From Flavobacteriales bacterium (lineage in GTDB: Bacteria > Bacteroidota > Bacteroidia > UBA10329), in assembly GCA_041302955.1 (NCBI GenBank), contig JBFYQB010000072.1:1-39685 (forward strand): a DNA stretch of 39,685 nt. Reading direction: 5' to 3'. Of this stretch, positions 1 to 9,645 are shown one piece after another; the stretch's first letter is position 1, and every line of letters begins with the position of its first letter. The position numbers were made by a program, and so were the translations under genes. Below the pieces are notes generated by a model that was given only the letters and a program-made list of their open reading frames with translations, ran no database searches and was not told the origin of the DNA.

Positions 1-1
1 C

Positions 2-379
2 ATCACAGGCGACCTCTTCTACACGGGTATTCTTTCGGTGACCACCCAAAACGACCAGCTTTATGTAGGAACCGATTGGGGCGGAGTGTGGACCCGCGAA
101 CTGAACACCATAGTGGTGGGCACAAGCGAGCAGCCTACTGCCACCACTGGTATTTCTATGTGGCCCAATCCGGCCAACGACCAGCTTTGGTTTGTGGCAG
201 ATGGCATGGAAGGAGGCACCGTTGAACTGATTGACCTTGCAGGCCGCACGGTGCGTTCGCAGGCCATTGCCAGCGGTCGCCAACAGATGAGCACCCACGA
301 CCTTCCGGTGGGGATCTACACCCTGCGCTCCATCGCACCTTCGGGCATGCGCACAGCCAAGGTGGTGGTGAACCATTGA
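2..379 (+). CDS. 3' end of a secreted protein with a T9SS type-A C-terminal sorting domain (5' end lies outside the window)
   Basis: The frame is open from the window edge. The last ~80 aa (ISMWPNPANDQLWF...VGIYTLRSIAPSGMRTAKVVVNH) show the Por secretion tail pattern. A hairpin terminator follows. Confidence 0.75.
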   Translation: MTGDLFYTGILSVTTQNDQLYVGTDWGGVWTRELNTIVVGTSEQPTATTGISMWPNPANDQLWFVADGMEGGTVELIDLAGRTVRSQAIASGRQQMSTHDLPVGIYTLRSIAPSGMRTAKVVVNH

Positions 380-406
380 TGCTGTAAAGGGATTTTAATA
401 AGAAAC

Positions 407-442
407 GGGGCGGTCTCAGTGATGGGGCCGCCCTTTGTTTTT
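407..442 (+). terminator. Candidate rho-independent terminator
   Basis: GC stem gggcgg (408-413) pairs with ccgccc (428-433) and is followed by tttgttttt, 28 nt after the stop codon at 379. Confidence 0.5.
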
Positions 443-495
443 ATAGGGTGGTGGAGATGGCATTGGCTAAGCAAATGCTTTCTCTAGGTTCTCTT

Positions 496-503
496 TACAT
501 TTG
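496..503 (+). promoter_or_regulatory. Bacteroidota-type -7 promoter box (TAnnTTTG) for the toxin-antitoxin operon
   Basis: tacatttg is an exact match to TAnnTTTG, 22 nt upstream of the ATG at 525. Confidence 0.4.
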
Positions 504-524
504 TTTTGTAATAATTGAAAGACC

Positions 525-752
525 ATGACCAGGCTCGACCTCCGCACAGAACTGAAGCATCTTATTGATGCAGAACAGAACCCGTCTGTGCTGGAAGCGT
601 TGCGCACGTTGCTCACACGTCCCCACGAGGATTGGTGGGACACCATCAGCGCAGAGGAACGGGCAGAGATAGAACAGGGAATTGCCGAGGCCGACAGAGG
701 CGAGTTCATTCCTCACGAAGAAGTGATGAAAAACCCTAAGAAGTGGCTTTAG
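525..752 (+). CDS. Putative addiction-module antitoxin (small acidic helical protein)
   Basis: 75 aa. It overlaps the downstream RelE/ParE-like gene by 10 nt. The pattern (LKHLIDAEQNPSVLEALRTLL...ISAEERAEIEQGIAEADRGEF) resembles Bacteroidota addiction-module components. Confidence 0.6.
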   Translation: MTRLDLRTELKHLIDAEQNPSVLEALRTLLTRPHEDWWDTISAEERAEIEQGIAEADRGEFIPHEEVMKNPKKWL

Positions 753-1027
753 AGATTGTCTGGACACGGCAGGCGGCACGGGGCTATGCGCGTGTCATCG
801 TTTATCTGGAGGAAAATTGGACCTGGAAAGAGGTCAACGCGTTCGAGAAACACGTGACAGATTTCCTCTCGCGACTGAGCGAATACCCCGAACTGCTCAA
901 GCCGTCTTCCAAGAAGAACGTGAGAAGAGGTCCGATTGACAGGCATACGCTGCTGACCTACCGTGTCACTAAAGACCGTATCGAACTGCTCAACATGCGG
1001 GGAACGCGGCAGAGGCCGTTGAAGTGA
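743..1027 (+). CDS. RelE/ParE-family type II toxin
   Basis: 94 aa with a GTG start overlapping the antitoxin stop. IVWTRQAARGYARVIVYLEENW...RRGPIDRHTLLTYRVTKDRIELLNMRG matches the ParE/RelE plasmid-stabilisation pattern. Confidence 0.7.
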   Translation: MALEIVWTRQAARGYARVIVYLEENWTWKEVNAFEKHVTDFLSRLSEYPELLKPSSKKNVRRGPIDRHTLLTYRVTKDRIELLNMRGTRQRPLK

Positions 1028-1036
1028 GTTCCAACC

Positions 1037-4000
1037 CTACACCACCACATTCACGATCCGTTTCACCACCACGATCACCTTCTTGGGCGTGGCGCCTTCC
1101 AAACGTGCGATCACTTCCGGATGGGCGACCACGATGGCCTCCACTTCCGCAGCCGATAGCGAAGTGCTCAGCTCCAGTTGCAGCTTGGTCTTTCCGTTGA
1201 AGCTGATGGGGTAGCTGAAGCTGTCCTCCACCAGATGCGCGGCCTCAAACTTCGGATAGGTGGCAAACGAGATGCTGTCCGTATGGCCCAATTGCTGCCA
1301 CAGTTCCTCGGCAATGTGCGGTGCGAAGCTCGACAGCACGATGGTCAGCGGTTCCAATATCGCGCGCTTGTTGCACTTGAGCTCCGTCAGTTCGTTCACG
1401 CAGATCATGAACTGGCTCACCGAGGTGTTCAACGACAGCTTCTCGATGTCGTCCTCCACCTTGCGGATGGTGGCATGGAGCGCCTTCAGCTCGGCCTTGG
1501 TGGGCGCATCGTCACTCACCGCGAACGCATCGCCCGCGTGGAACAGGTTCCAGAATTTCCGCAGGAAACGGTAAGTGCCCTCAATGCCGTTGGTGTTCCA
1601 CGGTTTGGCATCCTCTAGTGGCCCCAGGAACATCTCGTAGAGGCGCAGCGTGTCGGCCCCGTACTTGGAAATGATGTCATCGGGGTTCACCACGTTCCAC
1701 TTGGACTTGGACATTTTTTCGACTTCGGGAAGCGTTGTGAACCTGTCCTGACCTTGAGCCAAGTGCTCATGAAACTCGCCCTTATACCAATACCCTCCTG
1801 TGCAGACAAACACTCCTTCTTCAAAATCGCCTCTATCTTTTCTCAGTGCATCTAAATCGGCAACATGGTTGTCGACAAACGAGATGGGCACATGTAGTAA
1901 AGAAGTTCTGAAGGGCAAGTCGCTCTTCGAAGAATAAGTAGCCTCTGAATCCTTCGCGGTTTCCTTGATTTTCAGCTCGTATGTTCTACCCCAAGCGCTG
2001 CGCAGCTGGGTAATCACATCATTGGAATAGAAAATTGCAGCAGTATGTCTTTCTCCTGGAAGGTTAGGTATTGACTTCTTCTCGATTTCATTGCTGGCGT
2101 TAACGAAGTAGTAGAAATTAGCTGTCGCATCCGTTCCGCCAATCGTATTCAAGTAACCGTCATATCTGGCAATTTTCTCAGAAACCCCCTGAATCATCCC
2201 CTGATTCACCAGCTTCTTCGCGGGTTCATCAAACGGCAGGTGACCAAGGTCTTTGAGGAACTTGGTCCAGAAGCGCACATAGAGCAGGTGGCCCGTGGCG
2301 TGCTCCGATCCGCCCACATAGAGATCCACGTTCTGCCAGTAGTTCACCTCATCCTTCGAGGCGAATGCGTCCGTATTGTGCGGGTCCATATAACGCAGGA
2401 AATACCAACTGCTGCCCGCCCAGCCCGGCATGGTGCTCATCTCAATCGGATAGCCTTTGCCGTTCTCCACCAGTTGTTCGGTGGCAAGATCCCAATTCCA
2501 GATGTCGGCACGGCCCAAGGGCGGTTCGCCTGTCTCGGTGGGCAGATATTTCTCAATGGCAGGCAGTTCGAGCGGCAGTTTCTCAATGGGATAAGGAATG
2601 CCGTCCTTGTAATAGATCGGGATCGGTTCGCCCCAATAGCGCTGCCTGCCGAACACCGCATCCCGCAGGCGGTAGTTGATGCGGCCCTTGCCGATGCCCA
2701 AAGCCTCCATCTTGGCAATGGCACGCTTGATGGCCTCTTTCACGGGAAGGCCGTTGAGGAAGTCGGAGTTCTCCAAAACGCCCTCTTTGCTCTCATTGGC
2801 ACCTTTGCTCAGCTCCGAACCTTCGATCACCGATGGAATAGGAAGCCCGAAATGCCTGGCGAAACTCCAATCGCGCTGGTCGCCACTTGGCACCGACATC
2901 ACCGCACCGGTGCCATAGCCCGCCAACACATAGTCACCGATCCAAATGGGAATAGGCGCCCCAGTGAACGGATGTTCGGCATACGCCCCCGTGAACGCGC
3001 CCGACACGGTCTTCACATCGGCCATGCGGTCTCTATCGCTGCGCGCCTTGGCCTTGGCGATGTAGGCTTCCACCTCGGACTTCTGCTCGGCAGTGGTTAT
3101 CTCCGAAACCAGTTCATGCTCTGGTGCCAACACCATGAACGATACTCCGAAAATCGTATCAGGTCTTGTCGTAAAAACCTCCACCTGTGACCTGTGACCT
3201 GTGACCTTAAACCTCAATAAAGCTCCTTCCGAACGTCCTATCCAATTCCGCTGCTGCTCCTTTAGGCTCTCGCTCCATTCCAGACCGTCAAGCCCATCCA
3301 ATAGCCGTTGGGCATAGGCCGTGATGCGCATGCTCCACTGCATCATCAGTTTGCGCTCCACGGGATGGCCTCCGCGCTCGCTGAACCCGTCCTTCACCTC
3401 ATCGTTAGCAAGCACGGTTCCCAAGGCAGGACACCAGTTTACATAAGCCTCACTCAGATAGGCGATGCGGTAGTTGAGCAGCGTGGTCTGGCGTTGGGCA
3501 TCGTCCCAAGCGTTCCACTCGTTAGCGGTGAAAGCGGGCGTTTCATCGCAATGGGCGTTCACCGTGGCGTTGCCTTCCTTGGAGAAAATGGCCGTCAGTT
3601 CGCTGATGGGCCGCGCCCTATCCGCTGCCTTGTCATACCATGTATCATACAGCTTCAGGAATATCCACTGCGTCCATTTGTAGTAGGATGGGTCTGAAGT
3701 GCGCACTTCTCGGTCCCAATCGAAACTGAATCCGATGCTGTCCATCTGCCTGCGGTAGGTGGCAATGTTCTCCTCGGTGGTCTTGGCAGGATGCTGCCCG
3801 GTCTGGATGGCATACTGCTCGGCCGGCAGCCCGAAGCTGTCGTAGCCCATCGGGTGCAGGACGTTGAAGCCCTTCAAGCGCTTGTAGCGCGACACGATAT
3901 CAGAAGCGATATACCCCAGCGGATGGCCCACATGCAGCCCTGCGCCCGATGGATAGGGGAACATGTCGAGGACGTAATACTTCGGCTTCTCGCTGTTGTC

Positions 4001-4075
4001 CAATGCGGCAAATGGCTTCTTCTTGGCCCATTCGGCCTGCCATTTCCTATCAAGTTCCTTGGGGTCGTACTGCAT
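1037..4075 (-). CDS. leuS: Leucyl-tRNA synthetase
   Basis: 1012 aa. HIGH-type motif (PYPSGAGLHVGHPLGY), FTTRPDTIFG at the CP1 editing domain, and KMSKSKWNVV. Confidence 0.97.
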   Translation of the reverse strand: MQYDPKELDRKWQAEWAKKKPFAALDNSEKPKYYVLDMFPYPSGAGLHVGHPLGYIASDIVSRYKRLKGFNVLHPMGYDSFGLPAEQYAIQTGQHPAKTTEENIATYRRQMDSIGFSFDWDREVRTSDPSYYKWTQWIFLKLYDTWYDKAADRARPISELTAIFSKEGNATVNAHCDETPAFTANEWNAWDDAQRQTTLLNYRIAYLSEAYVNWCPALGTVLANDEVKDGFSERGGHPVERKLMMQWSMRITAYAQRLLDGLDGLEWSESLKEQQRNWIGRSEGALLRFKVTGHRSQVEVFTTRPDTIFGVSFMVLAPEHELVSEITTAEQKSEVEAYIAKAKARSDRDRMADVKTVSGAFTGAYAEHPFTGAPIPIWIGDYVLAGYGTGAVMSVPSGDQRDWSFARHFGLPIPSVIEGSELSKGANESKEGVLENSDFLNGLPVKEAIKRAIAKMEALGIGKGRINYRLRDAVFGRQRYWGEPIPIYYKDGIPYPIEKLPLELPAIEKYLPTETGEPPLGRADIWNWDLATEQLVENGKGYPIEMSTMPGWAGSSWYFLRYMDPHNTDAFASKDEVNYWQNVDLYVGGSEHATGHLLYVRFWTKFLKDLGHLPFDEPAKKLVNQGMIQGVSEKIARYDGYLNTIGGTDATANFYYFVNASNEIEKKSIPNLPGERHTAAIFYSNDVITQLRSAWGRTYELKIKETAKDSEATYSSKSDLPFRTSLLHVPISFVDNHVADLDALRKDRGDFEEGVFVCTGGYWYKGEFHEHLAQGQDRFTTLPEVEKMSKSKWNVVNPDDIISKYGADTLRLYEMFLGPLEDAKPWNTNGIEGTYRFLRKFWNLFHAGDAFAVSDDAPTKAELKALHATIRKVEDDIEKLSLNTSVSQFMICVNELTELKCNKRAILEPLTIVLSSFAPHIAEELWQQLGHTDSISFATYPKFEAAHLVEDSFSYPISFNGKTKLQLELSTSLSAAEVEAIVVAHPEVIARLEGATPKKVIVVVKRIVNVVV

Positions 4076-4185
4076 GATGCGTCTGATTTTGAAGGCCGCG
4101 AAGGTAATGAACCTGTACCCCTGATCTAAGGTTTATTGGCAAACCATCGCCCTTCAAAAACCTTACTTTAGCGGCCTCGGAACCC

Positions 4186-5064
4186 ATGGCAACAGCAGAA
4201 GAGAAAGCACACCGCAGGAAAATCTGGAGCAGCAACATCACCGCTGTTGTCAGTATATCGCTCGTACTGTTCATGCTCGGCCTTTTGGGGCTGGTGTTGC
4301 TCTATGCCGATGCACTTTCGAGCCACGTGAAGGAGAACATCGGGTTCACCATCTACTTGAAGGACGATGCGAAGGAGGCCGACATCCTACAGTTCCAGAA
4401 ATTCCTCGATGCGTCAGATTTTGTGCGCAGCACCAAGTATGTGAGCAAGGAGGAGGCTGCCGAATACCTGAAGGAGGCGCTGGGCGAGGACTTCCTCGGC
4501 TTTATGGGCTACAACCCGCTGAAACGCTCGATAGATGTGCGGGTGAAAAGCGAGTTTGCCGATGCCGATGGCATGATCAACATCCAGTCGGAACTGTTGA
4601 AGAATGCGTTCATCCACGAGATCGACTATCCGGTGGACCTTATCCGCGTCATCAACCGCCATGTGCGCAAGGCTGGCATCATCATCATGGTGTTCTGTGG
4701 GCTGCTGTCGCTCATCGCCATCAGCCTTATCAACAACAATATCCGGTTGGCGGTCTATTCCAAGCGGTTCCTTATCAACAGCATGAAGCTGGTGGGCGCC
4801 ACTCAGGAGTTCATCCGTAGGCCGTTTGTCATAGAAGGTCTGCTTCGCGGACTGGTCGGGGCGATGGTGGCCAATGTGCTGCTGGCCTTGGTCATCTACA
4901 TGGCCAACAACCAAGTTCCAGAGCTTTTCGGACTGGAGAATGTGAAGATCGTGAGCATTCTTTTCGGCTCCGTGCTGGCATTCGGGTTGATCATCTCGTT
5001 CCTTTCCACCTCGTTGGCCGTGCGCAAGTATCTGCGCTTGGGGGTTGATGAGCTTTACTATTGA
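4186..5064 (+). CDS. ftsX: Cell-division permease-like protein FtsX
   Basis: 292 aa. N-terminal TM helix, a periplasmic alpha/beta domain (GFTIYLKDDAKEADILQFQKFL...) and three C-terminal TM helices. It precedes DUF3098-uppP-truB, as is typical for Bacteroidota. Confidence 0.85.
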   Translation: MATAEEKAHRRKIWSSNITAVVSISLVLFMLGLLGLVLLYADALSSHVKENIGFTIYLKDDAKEADILQFQKFLDASDFVRSTKYVSKEEAAEYLKEALGEDFLGFMGYNPLKRSIDVRVKSEFADADGMINIQSELLKNAFIHEIDYPVDLIRVINRHVRKAGIIIMVFCGLLSLIAISLINNNIRLAVYSKRFLINSMKLVGATQEFIRRPFVIEGLLRGLVGAMVANVLLALVIYMANNQVPELFGLENVKIVSILFGSVLAFGLIISFLSTSLAVRKYLRLGVDELYY

Positions 5065-5112
5065 AAAATTCAGACGCGTTGAATCGAGTCTCTACACTTG
5101 AATTCCTTTCCC

Positions 5113-5355
5113 ATGGCAAACGAAAAACACACTCCCAGTTTCACCTTCGAGCGTGAGAATTACATCCTGATGATAGTCGGCCTTGTGGTGCTGGGCATCG
5201 GCTATGCGCTGATGTCGGGTGGTGGTTCTACCGATCCGGATGTGTTCAGCGAAGAGATCTTCAACACCCAAAGGCTCACAGTGGCCCCGTTGGTCATTCT
5301 GTTCGGCTTTGCCATCGAGGTTGCTGCCATTCTCTACAAGCCCAAGGCGAAGTAA
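5113..5355 (+). CDS. DUF3098-like small membrane protein
   Basis: MANEKHTPSFTFERENYILMIVGLVVLGIGYALMSGG... has two TM helices and sits in the conserved position between ftsX and uppP. The internal ATG at 5113 is preferred over the ORF-track start at 5098. Confidence 0.7.
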   Translation: MANEKHTPSFTFERENYILMIVGLVVLGIGYALMSGGGSTDPDVFSEEIFNTQRLTVAPLVILFGFAIEVAAILYKPKAK

Positions 5356-5358
5356 GGC

Positions 5359-6135
5359 ATGGGTTGGTTGGACGCGCTCATCCTCGCCATTGTGGAGGGG
5401 ATCACGGAGTTTTTGCCCGTTTCCTCCACGGGCCACATGATCATCGCCTCGGCTCTCTTGGGCATCAACGAAGAGGCATTCGTCAAGATATTTGAGGTCA
5501 ACATCCAGTTCGGGGCCATCCTGTCGGTGGTGGTGCTCTATTGGAAACGCTTCTTCCAGTCGTTGGATTTCTACTATAAGCTCGGTGTGGCGTTCATTCC
5601 CGCTGCCGTATTGGGTTTCCTGCTGAACGACTTCATCGACACGATGCTCGGAAGCGTAACTGTGGTGGCCGTTTCGCTGCTCGTAGGTGGCATCTTCCTG
5701 CTCTTTGTGGACAGGATATTCAACAAGGTCGAGAATCACGAGATCACGTACAAGAACGGCTTCATCATCGGGTGTTTCCAGTGTTTGGCTATGATCCCAG
5801 GTGTTTCGCGCTCTGCGGCCAGCATCATCGGTGGCATGGCGTTGAAATACGACCGCAAGACCGCTGCCGAATTCTCGTTCTTCCTTGCGGTGCCTACCAT
5901 GTTCGCTGCGGCATCCTACAAATTACTCAAGGGCTACAAGGACATTTCCATGGATGATGTCGGCATCCTTGTGTTCGGCAACGTGGTGGCCTTCTTTGTG
6001 GCATTGGCGGCCATCAAGTTCTTCATCGGTTTTCTCACCAAGTACGGCTTCAAGGTCTTCGGATGGTATCGCATCGTTCTGGGCACCGTTCTGCTGGTGA
6101 TGCTGGCGCTGGGCTACGATTTACGTATCGAGTAG
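5359..6135 (+). CDS. uppP: Undecaprenyl-diphosphate phosphatase (BacA/UppP)
   Basis: 258 aa. The [17 protein letters not shown] signature and a polytopic profile. Confidence 0.93.
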   Translation: MGWLDALILAIVEGITEFLPVSSTGHMIIASALLGINEEAFVKIFEVNIQFGAILSVVVLYWKRFFQSLDFYYKLGVAFIPAAVLGFLLNDFIDTMLGSVTVVAVSLLVGGIFLLFVDRIFNKVENHEITYKNGFIIGCFQCLAMIPGVSRSAASIIGGMALKYDRKTAAEFSFFLAVPTMFAAASYKLLKGYKDISMDDVGILVFGNVVAFFVALAAIKFFIGFLTKYGFKVFGWYRIVLGTVLLVMLALGYDLRIE

Positions 6136-6217
6136 GGATATTCAACACTCCAAGTCCCGAAAAGCTTTCGAAACGCTAATCTGCCGATAACCTGACCGCC
6201 TAAAATTCCCTCCTGCC

Positions 6218-6976
6218 ATGTCCCTCGTCCCTTCTCCCTTCCACTTTAAAGAGGGCGAGACCCTGCTGTTCGACAAGCCTCTAGGCTGGACATCCTTTCA
6301 GATGGTGAACCGTGTGCGGGGCATGATCCGCAGGAACATCAGCGAGCGCAACATCAAAGTGGGCCATGCGGGTACGCTCGACCCTTTGGCAACGGGCCTA
6401 TTGGTGCTGTGTACCGGCAAATCCACCCGCACCATCGAGACCATTCAGGCCGCTGAGAAGCAATATACCGGAACCATCTTCCTTGGTGCCACACGGCCCA
6501 GCTACGACATGGAAACGCCCGTGGATGCCACCTTTCCCACGGCCAACATCACCGAGGCGGCCATCACTGAGGCGGCCAAGACCTTTGAAGGCGCCATAGA
6601 CCAGATTCCGCCCATTTTCTCGGCCAAGATGGTGGAGGGCGAACGCAGCTACGACCTTGCCCGCAAAGGCGAGGCCAAGGAGTTGAAGGCCAACCGCATC
6701 ACTATCACCGCATTCCTCATCACCGGGGTGCGCACCGTTGATGGCGGGTTGGAGGCCGATTTTGATGTCACCTGTTCCAAAGGCACCTACATCCGCTCGT
6801 TGGCCCACGACCTTGGGCAGAAACTGGGCTGTGGCGGCTATCTGCAAAGTCTGCGCAGAACCCGCATCGGCAAGCACAAGGTGGAGGATGCGCTCACAGC
6901 CGAGCAGTTTCACTTCATTCTATTTGGCGAAGGTCCGAACAGGGAATTTGACGGAAGAATAAGCGGGAGGGATTGA
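6218..6976 (+). CDS. truB: tRNA pseudouridine(55) synthase
   Basis: 252 aa. The catalytic motif GHAGTLDPLATGLLVLCTG. Confidence 0.93.
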   Translation: MSLVPSPFHFKEGETLLFDKPLGWTSFQMVNRVRGMIRRNISERNIKVGHAGTLDPLATGLLVLCTGKSTRTIETIQAAEKQYTGTIFLGATRPSYDMETPVDATFPTANITEAAITEAAKTFEGAIDQIPPIFSAKMVEGERSYDLARKGEAKELKANRITITAFLITGVRTVDGGLEADFDVTCSKGTYIRSLAHDLGQKLGCGGYLQSLRRTRIGKHKVEDALTAEQFHFILFGEGPNREFDGRISGRD

Positions 6977-6984
6977 CCCTTCTA

Positions 6985-8316
6985 TCAGCGCACGAACTTC
7001 TGTGACTGGAACTCATTGCCAGCGCGCAATCGGGCAAGATAGACCCCAGTCGGCAGCTCCGTGAAGTCGAAGGTCTCATTAACCTGAGCGACCCTTCCAT
7101 ACGCTTTATCCAACAGCAGTTTCCCTTGAAGGTCATAGATAGAAAGGGCAACATCCGTCACACGGTCGGAAGTGTAGCTGAAACGGGATTGTCCATCGAG
7201 CATGGATCCATTCATGCTCCAATTGATGTTGGCCGATTCCAACGTGTTATGCACATCCGTGACCATCGAAGCCATGACCGGATAGGTAACAGTGGTGTCA
7301 AAACAGCCATTGGATGCGGTAAGTGTCACCTCATAATTATTGGGTATTGCATAGGTGTGGGTCGGATTAACCTCTGTGCTGAAAGTGCCATCTCCGAAAT
7401 CCCAAATGAAATCATCGGCCCTTTGTGACATGTTGTAGAAATTGAAAGTCATCCCGTCTATCTGTGGGTCGGACACAAACTCGACCGATTGGAACCACGA
7501 GTCGGCACAGAAGCTTTGTGAGCGAATGATGACACCCGAATCGTAGATACCATCGCCTGCATCGGCAATGACCACTTTCAGGTGATAGGTTTCTCCTGCA
7601 AGCACTGGGTATTCGAGATAAATGGGCGTGGTGTACCCATCATATTGCAGAGTGGTTCCAGCGGTGTTGTCCACGTAGTATTCGGAGTTCATTCCCGCAT
7701 TCACATTGTCGATAGCTATAGGCGTGCTTGTGCCAGGAATCCATGCCACATTCAGTGGTCCGTTGGTGGAAGGGCCTTCTACAAAGAATCCGAAAGCATC
7801 ATTGTAGCCCGAGTTGACGAATTCAAGATACTCCTCTGACCCGAAGACGAAATCGGCCACAAAAATGGTATCGCCAGAAGGAATGAAATCGAACTCCACG
7901 ATACAAGCGTCATAAGTCGATGCACCAGCGAAAACATCCAACAGGGTGTCGCCAGTCAGGTCATTTGAAATTCCTGCGCTTTCACTGTTGTTCGGTCCGA
8001 GAGCAACCTGGGCATCGCCAGTTGTGAGAATCACACCATAAGCAAGCCCTATTGACATGGACGGGTCGATGAACAGCCCGGCAGCAGCAGGCACTCCTGT
8101 GTACTGGATATTGGTCACTTCCACACATCCGCCCAACATGAAATTGCTGATGATGGAATCTATCTGCTCGGCAGTGGTCATAGATATCACCTGAGGCCCA
8201 TCACCGCCTCTGTTCGCAGAAGATGCGGGATTGTTCCACCCCACACGTTGAGGCGAAGTAGTTTGGGCGAAAAGAAGCGTTGGAAACAGAAGGATAAGGA
8301 AGGAAAGATGTTTCAT
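6985..8316 (-). CDS. Secreted choice-of-anchor-L domain protein with a PKD domain and a T9SS type-A C-terminal domain
   Basis: Signal peptide MKHLSFLILLFPTLLFAQ starts at the internal ATG at 8316. FGSEEYLEFVNSGYNDAFGFFV...YDGYT...KVVIADAGDGIYDSGV is choice-of-anchor-L-like. WDFGDGTFSTEVNPTHTY is a PKD motif. The C-terminus LSIYDLQGKLL...GVYLARLRAGNEFQSQKFVR is a sorting tail. Confidence 0.85.
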   Translation of the reverse strand: MKHLSFLILLFPTLLFAQTTSPQRVGWNNPASSANRGGDGPQVISMTTAEQIDSIISNFMLGGCVEVTNIQYTGVPAAAGLFIDPSMSIGLAYGVILTTGDAQVALGPNNSESAGISNDLTGDTLLDVFAGASTYDACIVEFDFIPSGDTIFVADFVFGSEEYLEFVNSGYNDAFGFFVEGPSTNGPLNVAWIPGTSTPIAIDNVNAGMNSEYYVDNTAGTTLQYDGYTTPIYLEYPVLAGETYHLKVVIADAGDGIYDSGVIIRSQSFCADSWFQSVEFVSDPQIDGMTFNFYNMSQRADDFIWDFGDGTFSTEVNPTHTYAIPNNYEVTLTASNGCFDTTVTYPVMASMVTDVHNTLESANINWSMNGSMLDGQSRFSYTSDRVTDVALSIYDLQGKLLLDKAYGRVAQVNETFDFTELPTGVYLARLRAGNEFQSQKFVR

Positions 8317-8396
8317 GTTCTGTGTGTTTAGATTCTTCGATTCTGACCGATAGCTGTGAGGATGCAGTCGCAGGCAGGAACGAAAGTAATCGAAAA

Positions 8397-9509
8397 TCAG
8401 GAGTTCAGAATCTCCGTCTGCTTGTTGATGCTCTCCTGATGGATGGCGCGGAAGAGTTGGACGATGAATTCCTCGCTCAATCCGTTTGGCCCGGATTTCT
8501 CCAGATGACGGGCCATAAGTTCGTTCCATCGCCCCTCTTGGAAGATGGTCATGTTGTGCTGTTTCTTGAAATGGGCGATGTCGTCCACCACCTTCATACG
8601 GTAGCTGAGCATTTCGAGCAACTGGTCGTCTATCTCGTTGATGGCCGAACGGAAATCCTCCACGCTCTTCAGTTCCACGCCTTCGGGTACTTCGTGGCGC
8701 ACGACCAGCTTGCGGATGATGGTGGCCAACTGTTCAGGCGTTACCTGCTGCCGGCTGTCGCTCCATGCGGCATCTGGGTTGATGTGGGTCTCCACCATCA
8801 GCCCATCGAACTTGAGGTCCATGGCCATCTGCGCCACAGAGGCTACCAGATCCCTATTGCCCGCAATGTGGCTGGGATCGTTGATGAACAGCAACTGTGG
8901 CATGTGCTTGCGGAACTCAATGGCCATCTGCCATTCGGGGCGGTTGCGGTAGATGCTATGCCCGTACTGCGATACCCCACGGTGCACCGCTCCAAGCCGC
9001 GATATGCCGCTGGCCGCCACCCGCTCCACAGCGCCTATCCACAGTGCCACATCGGGATTCACAGGGTTCTTCACCAATACGGGTATGTCCACTCCGGCCA
9101 AGGCATCGGCCACTTCCTGCACCGCAAATGGGTTGGCTGTGGTGCGTGCGCCAATCCATAGGATGTCGATGCCGGCCTTCAGTGCTTCTTCCACGTGGCG
9201 GGCATTGGCCACCTCTATTGTTACAGGCAGGCCTGTTTCCAGCTGCACACGCTTCATCCATGGAAGGCCGATGCTACCGATGCCTTCGAAACTTCCCGGG
9301 CGTGTGCGCGGTTTCCAGATGCCTGCCCGGAAAATGTCGGCACCGATGGCCTTCAGTTCGTGGGCTGTGCGCATCACCTGTTCCTCTGTCTCTGCGCTGC
9401 ACGGGCCCGCGATCAGCAACGGTCGCCTATGGGCAGCCAAGGGCCATGCGTCATACTTGTCCATCACCTGTTGCATCTGCACCGCCTCTACTATACCACC
9501 GCCCATCAC
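8397..9509 (-). CDS. Bifunctional 3-deoxy-7-phosphoheptulonate (DAHP) synthase / chorismate mutase
   Basis: The N-terminal part LLIAGPCSAETEEQV...FRAGIWKPRTRPGSFEGIG is a type I-beta DAHP synthase. The C-terminal part INEIDDQLLEMLSYRMKVVDDIAHFKK is an AroQ chorismate mutase. The start is uncertain; internal Met codons at 9476 and 9464 are also possible. Confidence 0.9.
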   Translation of the reverse strand: MMGGGIVEAVQMQQVMDKYDAWPLAAHRRPLLIAGPCSAETEEQVMRTAHELKAIGADIFRAGIWKPRTRPGSFEGIGSIGLPWMKRVQLETGLPVTIEVANARHVEEALKAGIDILWIGARTTANPFAVQEVADALAGVDIPVLVKNPVNPDVALWIGAVERVAASGISRLGAVHRGVSQYGHSIYRNRPEWQMAIEFRKHMPQLLFINDPSHIAGNRDLVASVAQMAMDLKFDGLMVETHINPDAAWSDSRQQVTPEQLATIIRKLVVRHEVPEGVELKSVEDFRSAINEIDDQLLEMLSYRMKVVDDIAHFKKQHNMTIFQEGRWNELMARHLEKSGPNGLSEEFIVQLFRAIHQESINKQTEILNS

Positions 9510-9519
9510 TTTCAGCTTG

Positions 9520-9527
9520 CAAACTTA
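9520..9527 (-). promoter_or_regulatory. Candidate -7 box (TAAGTTTG on the minus strand) upstream of the DAHP synthase gene
   Basis: Plus-strand caaactta is the reverse complement of TAnnTTTG. It lies only 11 nt from the first ATG, which implies a near-leaderless mRNA or a downstream true start. Confidence 0.35.
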
Positions 9528-9645
9528 CGTCTGCTGTAGGGAACAACCGAAGGAGAGAAGGGTTCAGTAATTCGGCAACTGCATGGTAAAGCGTACCAAA
9601 GGAACTGAGTTCACCTACATCGGTTCTTTTTGCGTCTTGGTCATT

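Noticed and set aside
8317-8529. N-terminal extension of the choice-of-anchor-L ORF (the track starts it at 8529)
   Set aside because: The extension (MERTYGPSSGEIRAKR...) precedes a canonical signal peptide starting at the ATG at 8316 and overlaps the 3' end of the DAHP synthase gene. The internal start was used.
8322-9589. Plus-strand ORFs of 279, 230, 205 and 114 aa overlapping the DAHP synthase gene
   Set aside because: They are antisense to a gene with clear catalytic motifs. Their Arg/Pro/His-rich composition is typical of GC-rich shadow frames.
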